From the NCBI RefSeq assembly GCF_000237865.1, contig NC_017459.1, forward strand, positions 1,410,001-1,442,000: 32,000 nt of DNA, given 5' to 3'. The notes below the pieces were generated by a model. It was not told the origin of the DNA and ran no database searches. It saw only the letters and a list, made by a program, of their open reading frames with translations. A program made the position numbers and the translations under genes. Below, piece after piece: positions 23,291 to 31,958 of this stretch. Origin of the DNA: Haloquadratum walsbyi C23 (lineage in GTDB: Archaea; Halobacteriota; Halobacteria; Halobacteriales; Haloferacaceae). Every line of letters starts with the position of its first letter. Within the stretch, counting starts at the first letter, position 1.

Positions 23291-23722
23291 CTATTCCGAA
23301 TGAGATAGCTGGCACTGACCGTCACTAATTGGCGCAATCGAGTAATCTACTGCCCGGATATCCGGCACGGCCCGGACGGTGTTGACGAAGCCGGATAGGG
23401 CCTCCGTGGTCCCCTCTAGGACGTACAACTCCATACAGTACTGGTCTTGGACGTGTGTATGAGTAGTCGCGGAGACGATAGCATCGTATTCGTGGCGTAC
23501 TCCCGTGAGACGCTGCTGGACGGCAGGTTGACAGTACTCGAAGACCACCGTGACTGTACACATATGCTTCTGTCCGTCGATGGTTCGCCCCTGAAACTCT
23601 TCAAGCAGCGTCCGTGTGCCTTCGCGGACGACCTCGCTTCGGCCACTGTACCCGTGTTCGTCGGCGAACTCGTCGATGCGTTCGAGTAACGCCTCGGGCA
23701 TCGATATGCTAACAACGCTCAT
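23291..23722 (-). CDS. nikR: NikR-family regulator, paralog 3
   Basis: MSVVSISMPEALLERIDEFADEHGYSGRSEVVREGTRTLL (RHH, close to paralog 1). The C-terminal domain carries RHEYDAIVSATTHTHVQDQYCME (His, H.H-N5-C). It is divergent from the COG0523 operon. Confidence 0.85.
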   Translation of the reverse strand: MSVVSISMPEALLERIDEFADEHGYSGRSEVVREGTRTLLEEFQGRTIDGQKHMCTVTVVFEYCQPAVQQRLTGVRHEYDAIVSATTHTHVQDQYCMELYVLEGTTEALSGFVNTVRAVPDIRAVDYSIAPISDGQCQLSHSE

Positions 23723-23820
23723 ATGATAAAATTTTATTCTGAGTTATTAGTATCTGTTATGAATATAGCAGTCGTACCGTAATAATTAGTATTTTAATAG
23801 AGTAAATTCATAAATAACGT

Positions 23821-25038
23821 ATGCCATTTAATAGCGATTCGATCCCAGTAACGATCCTCAGTGGAAGCCTTGGTGCCGGCAAGACGACGACGCTCAACCA
23901 CATTCTCAGTAGCGAGCAGAAACTGAACGCTGCTGTCTTAGTCAACGATATGGGTGAGGTAAATGTCGACGCTGACCTCGTTGAACGCGAGTCGGATCTC
24001 ACCCAGAACGACGACGAAATCATCGAAATGTCGAACGGCTGTATCTGCTGCCGTCTCCGTGGAGATATGCTTGATGAGGTGGGTCGATTAGCCGACGAGC
24101 GGGACTTTGAGTATCTTCTCGTGGAGTCGTCCGGAATCAGTGAACCGATTCCAGTTGCACAGACGTTTGTTCGTGGGTTCGAAGACGCAGAGTTCGATCC
24201 CACGGGAGTCTACGACCTCGACACGATGGTCAGCGTCGTTGACGCGCACAGCTTCTGGAAAGGGTTTGATTCCGGTCAAGCTCTCACTGACGACTCCATT
24301 GATCCACAGGGTAACCGGGTCCCCGAGGAGGCGCTGATAGATCAGATCGAGTTCTGCGATGTCCTCCTGTTGAACAAGTGCGATCTCGTCCCCGACGATG
24401 AGATCGACGAGATGGAGGCGGTACTACGAGCGCTCCAACCGCGAGCGAACATTATTCGGACCGAACACGGCGCCGTCGATCCCGAGAAGATCCTGAACAC
24501 GGGCCGGTTCGATTTCGATCGCGCGAGTCAGTCTGCCGGGTGGAAGCGTGAACTCCAGCACGGACATCACCACGAGTCAGCCGCCGATGAACACGGCGTC
24601 ACGTCCTTTAGTTTCGACGCTGACCGACCGTTCCATCCCGAGCGGATTGCTCGTCTCTTTGCCGACCTTCCCGATGGTATTGTTCGCGCAAAGGGTTTTT
24701 TCTGGTCCGCCGGTCGCGAAGACATCGCGATGGGGCTCGATAAAGCAGGGCAGTCGGTTCGGGCCGGTCCGAAAGGGACGTGGATCGCCACGCTCCCGAA
24801 GGCCCAACAGGAGCGCTACTTCGCTACCCGCCCTGAGATCAAAGAGGATTGGGACGACCAGTGGGGCGACCGCGGGATCCAGCTCGTGTTCATCGGCCGC
24901 GAATTCGATCAGGAGGCACTAATCGAGCAACTGGAAGAGTGTGTCCTCTCGGACGCAGAGATGGTCGAGGACTGGAACGCGTATCCGGACCCGTTCACTG
25001 CCGACGAGCAGCGTGAACTCGCACTGGCCGACGACTGA
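23821..25038 (+). CDS. COG0523-family (CobW/ZigA/YeiR-like) metallochaperone GTPase 1
   Basis: Walker A GSLGAGKTT, metal motif GCICC, LLLNKCDL, and a CobW-C-like C-terminal domain. Confidence 0.9.
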   Translation: MPFNSDSIPVTILSGSLGAGKTTTLNHILSSEQKLNAAVLVNDMGEVNVDADLVERESDLTQNDDEIIEMSNGCICCRLRGDMLDEVGRLADERDFEYLLVESSGISEPIPVAQTFVRGFEDAEFDPTGVYDLDTMVSVVDAHSFWKGFDSGQALTDDSIDPQGNRVPEEALIDQIEFCDVLLLNKCDLVPDDEIDEMEAVLRALQPRANIIRTEHGAVDPEKILNTGRFDFDRASQSAGWKRELQHGHHHESAADEHGVTSFSFDADRPFHPERIARLFADLPDGIVRAKGFFWSAGREDIAMGLDKAGQSVRAGPKGTWIATLPKAQQERYFATRPEIKEDWDDQWGDRGIQLVFIGREFDQEALIEQLEECVLSDAEMVEDWNAYPDPFTADEQRELALADD

Positions 25039-26330
25039 TGACCATCGACGAGCAACCACCGGTCACGATCCTCAGTGGGGGACTCGGCGCCGGAAAGACG
25101 ACCCTGCTCAATCATCTTCTTACCGTCGGCGGCGAGGCGTACGATATCGCCGTCCTGGTCAACGATGTCGGCGAAGTAAACGTCGATGCCAATCTTATCG
25201 AGAACGGCTCCGAACTCTCGATGGAAGACGGCGGTGTCACGGAGCTGTCGAACGGCTGTATCTGCTGTGGGCTGCAGAACGAACTCGATCGGGAATTGAA
25301 ACGCCTCGCGTTCGAAGCGGAATTCGACTATCTGGTCATCGAAGCCTCGGGTATCAGTGATCCCGTCCCCATCGCCCAGCGGTTCGTCTCGCCCGCACGT
25401 GCGTCGGCACTGTACAATCTCGATACGACCGTCACGGTGGTCGATGCCGCACAGTTCCATCAGGCGTTCGTCGATGGCCGCCCACTCAAATCGACAGACG
25501 ACGACGCCCGACCGCTGTCGGACCTCCTCGCCGAGCAAGTCGAGTTCTGCGACGTACTCATCCTCAATAAGTGTGATCTCGTTTCCGAGACAGAGCGCGA
25601 AGCGGTCGAACGCGTCGTCCGAACACTCCATCCCGGGGTCGACTTCGTCCAAACGACCGAAAGCACCGTCGACCCGGAACGAGTTCTCGGAACGGGTCGG
25701 TTCGATCAAGACGAGGCGAGTAATTCCGCCCGGTGGAAACAGGCACTCTCGCCCGATCACGGCGACGGCACAGACGTCGATTCAGACGAGCACCACGAGA
25801 GCCAGCCGGAGGCAGACGACCACAGCCACGACAAGGCGCACGACCATCGTCACCCACCAGAGGAGTTCGGTGTTGACTCGTTCGTCTACGAGCGCCACCG
25901 GCCGTTCCATCCCGAACGCTTCAGCGAGTGGCTCCGTTCGTTCCCTGAGTCCATCGTCAGAGCCAAGGGCCACCTGTGGGTCGCTGGTCGCGAGCGCTAC
26001 GCCCTCGACCTGAGTCAGGCGGGAACACAGACCCACATCGAGGTCAACGGGCGGTGGGCAGTCACACTCCCCGAGTTCCAGCGTGAGTCCTACCGCGAAT
26101 CGCGGTCGGACCTCCACTGGGACGAACGGTGGGGTGACCGCGAAGTGAAACTCGTCTTCATCGGGGCCGGGATGGACGAATCCAGCATCATGGATACGCT
26201 CGACGACTGCCTCATTTCGGAGACAGGGATGGACGAGAACTGGGAAGCGTTCGAGAATCCGTTCCCGGGGACGATGGAGTGGTCGCAGTCCCCGATGGAA
26301 CAACGCCTCGTGGTAGGTGACCGATCGTGA
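25038..26330 (+). CDS. COG0523-family metallochaperone GTPase 2 with His-rich insert
   Basis: GGLGAGKTT, GCICC, ILNKCDL. His/Asp-rich tract DHGDGTDVDSDEHHESQPEADDHSHDKAHDHRH (nt 25755-25853). TGATG overlap with the preceding gene. Confidence 0.9.
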   Translation: MTIDEQPPVTILSGGLGAGKTTLLNHLLTVGGEAYDIAVLVNDVGEVNVDANLIENGSELSMEDGGVTELSNGCICCGLQNELDRELKRLAFEAEFDYLVIEASGISDPVPIAQRFVSPARASALYNLDTTVTVVDAAQFHQAFVDGRPLKSTDDDARPLSDLLAEQVEFCDVLILNKCDLVSETEREAVERVVRTLHPGVDFVQTTESTVDPERVLGTGRFDQDEASNSARWKQALSPDHGDGTDVDSDEHHESQPEADDHSHDKAHDHRHPPEEFGVDSFVYERHRPFHPERFSEWLRSFPESIVRAKGHLWVAGRERYALDLSQAGTQTHIEVNGRWAVTLPEFQRESYRESRSDLHWDERWGDREVKLVFIGAGMDESSIMDTLDDCLISETGMDENWEAFENPFPGTMEWSQSPMEQRLVVGDRS

Positions 26331-26899
26331 TCCAGAATGACCGCGAACTTCCTCCAGTAGCGGACCGACGGACGACGGATGCCGACGACCACGACTGTAT
26401 CGACCCGCTGGGCGTGGCCATCGTAACCGTGTCCTCGTCCCGCGGAGATGGCGTCGAAACGACGCCACCCGATCCCAGTGGTGACGCCATTGCGAGTATC
26501 CTCGTCGAAGCGGGTCACGTCGTTACGTCACGTCGGATGGTTCCGGACGACTACGTCCGGATCAAGACCACAGTGAGCGAGTGCCTGGATCGACCGGACG
26601 TCGACCTCGTCGTCACCACGGGCGGGACGGGCGTCACCGTCGACGACGTCACTCCGGACGCGGTGAGCGAGCTCTTCGACCGCGAACTGCCGGGCTTCGG
26701 CGAGGCGTTCAGGTGGCTCTCGTGGGAGGAGGTACGGACGCGTATCGTCTCCACCCGTGCGACAGCGGGTATCGCCCGCGATGTTCCGGTGTTCGTCCTA
26801 CCGGGAAGTGTGAATGCCGTTGAGCTCGCTACGGCGGAGATTATCGCCGAGGAAGCTCCGCATCTCGCCGGGCTCGCAAGTCGACACGAGGTGGCGTAA
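26327..26899 (+). CDS. moaB: MoaB/MogA-family molybdopterin-binding protein
   Basis: VAIVTVSSSR...DLVVTTGGTGVTVDDVTPDAV...GFGEAFR...VFVLPGSVNAV match MoaB-type blocks. The GTG start overlaps the previous stop (GTGA). Confidence 0.8.
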   Translation: MIQNDRELPPVADRRTTDADDHDCIDPLGVAIVTVSSSRGDGVETTPPDPSGDAIASILVEAGHVVTSRRMVPDDYVRIKTTVSECLDRPDVDLVVTTGGTGVTVDDVTPDAVSELFDRELPGFGEAFRWLSWEEVRTRIVSTRATAGIARDVPVFVLPGSVNAVELATAEIIAEEAPHLAGLASRHEVA

Positions 26900-27289
26900 A
26901 TGCAGGGTTCGAAAATGTATCAGGAGGTAATCCTGGATCACTACCGCAATCCTCGAAGGTGGGGACGCCTCTCGCCAGCTACCGTCTCGCACACTGGCGA
27001 GAACGCTTCCTGTGGCGACGAACTCACGTTCGATCTCAGACTCGCCGAGGACGGTGAAACGATTGAAGAGGTCACGTTTACTGGAGAGGGCTGTGCAATC
27101 AGCATCGCAAGCGCGAGCCTGCTCGCCGAAGAACTCCCAGGAATGACGCTCTCAGAGGTTCGTGACCTCAATCGTGAGGACGCCCTCGATCTCTTGGGAA
27201 TCGAGCTGACGCCGATGCGCGTCCCGTGTGCTGTGCTCGCGGAGAAAGTGGTTCAGGACGGTATCGAGAGCCATGAGGAGGGCGCGTAA
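26900..27289 (+). CDS. iscU: IscU/SufU-type Fe-S cluster scaffold protein
   Basis: MYQEVILDHYRNPRRWG, then three conserved Cys contexts: ASCGDE, GEGCAIS and RVPCAVLAEK. ATG 26900 abuts the moaB stop; ATG 26915 is an alternative start. Confidence 0.85.
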   Translation: MQGSKMYQEVILDHYRNPRRWGRLSPATVSHTGENASCGDELTFDLRLAEDGETIEEVTFTGEGCAISIASASLLAEELPGMTLSEVRDLNREDALDLLGIELTPMRVPCAVLAEKVVQDGIESHEEGA

Positions 27290-27292
27290 CCG

Positions 27293-27496
27293 ATGAGACT
27301 CTACGGAATCGGGCTAGAACCAGATGCAACCGACCTGCTTACGATGCGTGGTAGGCGACGAGTCAATTCGGTCGACATCCTTTATTCATCAACATAACTG
27401 GCACGGCACGTCGCAGCCGAGTACGTTTCTAGATCGAAACTGAGTGACCACGACCTCCCGATGCCAACCGGTCCCAAGGAACTGCAGGCAGCGTAA
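27293..27496 (+). pseudogene. N-terminal remnant of a tetrapyrrole (precorrin-2 C20-type, CbiL/CobI-like) methyltransferase gene
   Basis: MRLYGIGLEPDATDLLTMRGRRRVNSVDILYSST*LARHVAAEYVSRSKLSDHDLPMPTGPKELQAA*. The MRLYGIGLGPG...LT.RG...ADV.Y start is typical of TP-methylases. There is an in-frame stop at 27395-27397 and the frame ends after 67 codons. Confidence 0.5.
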
Positions 27497-28400
27497 AGTA
27501 CCTCAGGGCATATCAAAGAGCTGAGGCACTCGCCTTGCTATCTATAGAAGACGGCAGTCGCGGAAGTCACATCAAAAACGCGAGAGGTCGACGCAGCGTT
27601 GTCACGCTCGGCGATCTCTGTGTCTACTTGATGCTCAGACACTTGCGTCAGACGCTTCGCAAGCACATCCAACCGTCGACATCAAAGTCCCTCCCGGCGT
27701 AAGCAGTGTAACGGCGTTCGCTTTGATTCTCGAAGTCAGTATTGACACCGGTGCAGAACTGACGCTGCGTAAGACGACCGACGGAAAAGCACTGATCAGT
27801 TCGAATCGATTTATCCTGTTCAAGATGACTGACGCACCGACGACATACGAAAAGACTGGGACAGGGTACGAGGTGACGTTCGGTCAGCAACCGCTCATCG
27901 ATACCGAAGAGATGACCGTCACGATTGATTCCAGTAAAGTAACTGGTCGAGACTACTGTACGCCCGCGTACGCATAGAAACGGGAGGCGATTGGGTCTGA
28001 GTGACGGCGGACATTGTCGGTCGTCCGGTTAATACTAAGATGAACTAGTCTCAGACGGTGACACCAAGCGTTTCTAGCTCTTCCGTGGAGTATTCTGCGC
28101 GGAGTTCCTTTGTCGAGTGTTCTCTGAGGATTTCCGTGCGCTCTTCATCACTCATCTCGGTCAAATCGTTGAAGCAATGGCACATTGCATTCATTAATTC
28201 AGGCTACAAGCATGAAAAGCCTGTTAGCACCATTTTCAGGCTTAGGTAATACGGATTTCGAGATAGCAATAATTAGCAATTCTATGACTCGCATTAGTTA
28301 CCATGACATCGGTTACTAAACGTGAACTTCAGATAATTTTATTAATTTTAATGTATAGAATCACAATATTTATTATTCGAGCTATTAATCTTATCAATAG

Positions 28401-29912
28401 ATGCCTCGATATACCAGAAGAAAACTCATCGCAGCTGGACTTGGAACGGCAACGATCAGCACGCTCGCGGGTTGTACGTCAAGCAACAGTGACTCCGGCG
28501 CGACGGAGAATGATGGCTCAACAGCGGCAGAGAACGCTAGGTCGGAAGCCCAGTCTTCGTTCTTCGTATTCGGAGACTTGGCCAGCCAGGTTGCAGGCGA
28601 CATTGCGACCGCAGAGACGCTCGTCCCGATCGGTCAACACGGCCACGGGTGGGAGCCTGGCTCCAAAATACAGGGAACGATCCTCGAATCGGATCTCTTC
28701 CTCTACGGGATGGAGGGATTCCAGCCGTGGGCTGACGACCTCGTGACGAGTCTCCGTGGCGACGACGCCGACGTCGATATCGTCACTGCCGGTGCTGGTA
28801 TCGACCTCATTGAAGCCGGACATAACCACGATAACGGTCACGAAGGCGAACATGAGGAAGGCCACGACGGTGAAGAAGAGCACAATCACGGTGGGGAGAC
28901 TTCCTGGGAGTGGGCTGGCCTCTACCACCTCGAAGCTGGCACCTACACGCACACGTTCTATCAGGGCCCCGATCCGAGGATGCAGCTCGCGGTCATCGCG
29001 ACCGACGAGGGTGGCGACCACGGCATTCACCACGTTGAGGAGACCGCAACCACCCTCTACGGCGACCACGACACGCACACACCGGTCGAAGGCGGCGAGA
29101 TACTCACGCCGTCTAGTGACTCACTCTATCACCTCCAGTTTGCGGACTCCGATGAGACGACGTTCTCCATCGACGTCGAAACAGAGGGTCACTATGTCCT
29201 CTTTGCCCAGCATGCTCCCGCTGAGTTTGATGCGACGCTCATCGACGGCAGTGGGTCGGTCATCGAACCCGAAGTGACCGAGAGTGCGGGCGGACACGGG
29301 CACGAGGGTGAGCACGACCACGAGAGTGGAGAAGAACACGAAGGCGAGGAGGGACACGGTCACAACCACTCTGGTGGGGCTGACCCACACTTCTGGCTAG
29401 ACCCCGAGCGAGCGAAGCAGGCGGTGGACAACATCCGGAGCGGGTTCCTCAACGTCGACGGGGACAACGCCAGTGCCTACGCCGAGAACGCCGAATCGTA
29501 CCGGAACCGCCTAGACGAACTCGACGAGTCGTTCCAGTCCGCGCTTGAGAGCGCCTCAAAAGACGTCGTGTTCGTCGCTGGTCACAACGCCTTCCAGTAT
29601 CTCGGTCAGCGATACGGCTTCGAAATACAGACGCTGACGGGACTGTCACCGGACGACCAGCCGACGCCGAAGGACATCGAGCGGGCCCAAGAGGTCATTG
29701 CCGAGCACGACCTCCAGTACGTCTGTGCGGACCCGCTCGAATCCCAGACCGCGGCGAACCAGCTCGTCGAAGAAACCGACGCCACTGAAGTCCTCCCGCT
29801 GACGCCGATTCCCGGGCAGACCCAAGAGTGGGACGACAAAGACTGGGGCTACGTCGAGATCATGGAAAATATCAATCTCAAGACGCTGAAGCAGACCCTC
29901 GACGCAGAATGA
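28401..29912 (+). CDS. znuA: ZnuA/TroA-family metal ABC transporter substrate-binding lipoprotein with a very large His-rich insertion
   Basis: Twin-arginine signal MPRYTRRKLI plus lipobox LAGC. Blocks PIGQHGHGWEP and DPHFWLDPERA are typical of ZnuA-type binding proteins. About 180 extra residues lie between them. Confidence 0.9.
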   Translation: MPRYTRRKLIAAGLGTATISTLAGCTSSNSDSGATENDGSTAAENARSEAQSSFFVFGDLASQVAGDIATAETLVPIGQHGHGWEPGSKIQGTILESDLFLYGMEGFQPWADDLVTSLRGDDADVDIVTAGAGIDLIEAGHNHDNGHEGEHEEGHDGEEEHNHGGETSWEWAGLYHLEAGTYTHTFYQGPDPRMQLAVIATDEGGDHGIHHVEETATTLYGDHDTHTPVEGGEILTPSSDSLYHLQFADSDETTFSIDVETEGHYVLFAQHAPAEFDATLIDGSGSVIEPEVTESAGGHGHEGEHDHESGEEHEGEEGHGHNHSGGADPHFWLDPERAKQAVDNIRSGFLNVDGDNASAYAENAESYRNRLDELDESFQSALESASKDVVFVAGHNAFQYLGQRYGFEIQTLTGLSPDDQPTPKDIERAQEVIAEHDLQYVCADPLESQTAANQLVEETDATEVLPLTPIPGQTQEWDDKDWGYVEIMENINLKTLKQTLDAE

Positions 29913-30130
29913 GCGACACCACGTCTAGCGACACGGAACCAGATTGGGACGGGAACGCCGATTCCGGTCCGTCCGAGCGCCCTCGGTCAGGATTGATGGC
30001 ACTGGTCGTCGGCCCAGCAGAGAGACCTGCCTGCACGATCTACCCGCCGGACGTGGCCGTTCCGTATCGGACGACGACCTGGATTACGGCGTGCGGGAAC
30101 TCGTTCGTCAACCTCAACGACTACCGATGA
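29909..30130 (+). CDS. small conserved-looking protein (73 aa, DUF7511-like from memory) embedded in the znu operon
   Basis: ATG 29909 overlaps the znuA stop (ATGA), and its own stop overlaps the znuC ATG 30127 (ATGA). The C-terminal ACTIYPPDVAVPYRTTTWITACGNSFVNLNDYR resembles a haloarchaeal small-protein family. Confidence 0.6.
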   Translation: MSDTTSSDTEPDWDGNADSGPSERPRSGLMALVVGPAERPACTIYPPDVAVPYRTTTWITACGNSFVNLNDYR

Positions 30131-30903
30131 CGACAGCAACGACGGAGCGGGAAGGGTCGGGAGACCATCTCATTAGCGTCGACGACGTCACATTCGGCTA
30201 CGGAGAGGTCCCGGTTCTCGAGTCGGTATCGATCGACGTCGCACCCGGAGCCTTCCTCGGACTAGTCGGGCCGAACGGTAGCGGCAAGAGCACGCTGCTT
30301 GACCTGATGCTCGGTCTCCGACGACCCGACAGTGGAACAGTTTCGCTGTTCGGCGACCCTGCCCACGAGTTCGACGCCGGTGAGCGAATCGGATACGTCG
30401 CACAGGACGCGACGAAGGCGGCGCGCAATATGCCGATCACGGTTCGAGAGGTGGTCAAGATGGGGCGATACCCGCGGCGGCTCTTCGGTCGATTCTCGAC
30501 AGCGGACCGGCGAGCGGTCGAGGAGGCACTGGAGCAGGTTGGAATCACAGATCTCTCGTCTCGGCGGGTCGGTCGACTGTCCGGTGGTCAACGCCAACGG
30601 GTCTTCATCGCCCGTGCGCTTGCCTCGGAGGCCGACCTGCTTGCACTCGACGAACCGACGGTCGGCGTTGATGCCGAATCCAGAGAGGAGTTCTACAGTC
30701 TTATCAACGAACTGAACGCGACTGGACTGACCGTCATCCTGATCGAACACGATATCGGCGTTGTCACCACGCATGCGACGGACATCGCCTGTGTCAATCG
30801 CCAGTTGTACTTCGACGGTAATCCGGAGGAATTCGTCGAGACTGATGCACTCTCACAGGCATACGGAAAGGACCAGCACGTTCTCAAGCACGATCATAAA
30901 TGA
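30127..30903 (+). CDS. znuC: metal ABC transporter ATPase ZnuC
   Basis: The track ORF begins upstream at 29944, but ATG 30127 is coupled to the preceding ORF. Walker A GPNGSGKST, signature LSGGQRQRV, Walker B LLALDEP. Confidence 0.9.
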   Translation: MTTATTEREGSGDHLISVDDVTFGYGEVPVLESVSIDVAPGAFLGLVGPNGSGKSTLLDLMLGLRRPDSGTVSLFGDPAHEFDAGERIGYVAQDATKAARNMPITVREVVKMGRYPRRLFGRFSTADRRAVEEALEQVGITDLSSRRVGRLSGGQRQRVFIARALASEADLLALDEPTVGVDAESREEFYSLINELNATGLTVILIEHDIGVVTTHATDIACVNRQLYFDGNPEEFVETDALSQAYGKDQHVLKHDHK

Positions 30904-31958
30904 TACACACACTACACCGCCTCGGAGAGAGTATCCAATTCGAGGATGCGATTGCATCCCTCCTCCTCACAGTCAATATTTTCGCCCCCATCGAGTGGTT
31001 CCTCGACCACATCTTCGGTCTCGGAATGGATGTGTTGGCCGACCTGCTCGGCACGCCGATGCTTGGATATCCCTATATGCAGCGAGCCTACCTCGCAGCG
31101 GTGTGTATTGCCCTCATCGGGCCGGTCGTCGGGACGTTCCTCGTCCATCGAGAGATGGCGATGATCAGCGACACCCTCGCACACACAGCCTTCGCCGGCG
31201 TCGCCGTCGGATTGTTCCTCAATTCGGTCCTCTCGCTCACGCTGTCCCCGCTGCTCACCGCGTTCGTGGTCGCAGTCGTCACGGCACTGCTCGTGGAGTT
31301 GCTCGTCGAACACGCCGGAGCGTACAGTGACACCTCGCTGGCGATCGTCCTGACGGGCGGGTTCGCCGTCGGCAGTATTCTCATCACTGCAACCGACGGT
31401 GGCATTGCAGTCGGCATCGACGCCTACCTCTTCGGCAGTCTGGCGACCGTCTCGACGGAGAACGTCGGGATCCTCGTGTTGATGAGCGTCATCGTCGGCA
31501 GCCTCGTCACGCTGGCGTATCGACCACTTCTGTACGTCACGTTCGACGCGACGGCCGCCCGCGCGGCGCGACTGAATGTCCGCCTGTACAAACGCCTCAT
31601 GGTCGTGCTCACGGCGCTGGTCGTCGTCAGCGCAATGCAGATCATGGGCGTCATCCTGGTCGCTGCGATGCTTGTCGTTCCGGTCGCCGCCGCGGCGCAG
31701 GTCGCCGGGAGTTTCAAACAGTCCATCTTGCTGGCGATCCTCGCTGCCGAGTTTGCGGCGATAGCCGGTGTGACACTATCGTACGTCTATGCAATTGCGG
31801 CCGGTGGCTCGATTGTCGTCGCGGCGATTGCTGTGTACGCCGTCGCCCTCGGCGTCCAGGGACTGGCGCACCGTCTCCCGACCGTGCGACGGCACCGAAG
31901 CCAACGGCCCGGACAGACCCGAGACGGACTCGAAGCCGACGGAGGCGAGCGAGAGTGA
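30900..31958 (+). CDS. znuB: metal ABC transporter permease ZnuB (ABC-3 family)
   Basis: 352 aa, highly hydrophobic multi-TM protein. ATGA overlap with znuC. Motif region HREMAMISDTLAHTAFAGVAVG. Confidence 0.9.
   Translation: MIHTLHRLGESIQFEDAIASLLLTVNIFAPIEWFLDHIFGLGMDVLADLLGTPMLGYPYMQRAYLAAVCIALIGPVVGTFLVHREMAMISDTLAHTAFAGVAVGLFLNSVLSLTLSPLLTAFVVAVVTALLVELLVEHAGAYSDTSLAIVLTGGFAVGSILITATDGGIAVGIDAYLFGSLATVSTENVGILVLMSVIVGSLVTLAYRPLLYVTFDATAARAARLNVRLYKRLMVVLTALVVVSAMQIMGVILVAAMLVVPVAAAAQVAGSFKQSILLAILAAEFAAIAGVTLSYVYAIAAGGSIVVAAIAVYAVALGVQGLAHRLPTVRRHRSQRPGQTRDGLEADGGERE

Noticed and set aside
24909-26518. Several long minus-strand and alternative-frame ORFs (24909-25760, 25782-26468, 26090-26518, 25357-26013)
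   Set aside because: All overlap the two COG0523 genes, which have unmistakable GTPase motifs. Their translations are Arg/Ser/Pro-rich low-complexity sequence, unlike the acidic proteome.
27723-27977. 84-aa plus-strand ORF as an intact gene
   Set aside because: Its M is a TTG. The frame is open further upstream without any start codon, and it sits in a decayed region. It is treated as the tail of a lost gene rather than a functional CDS.
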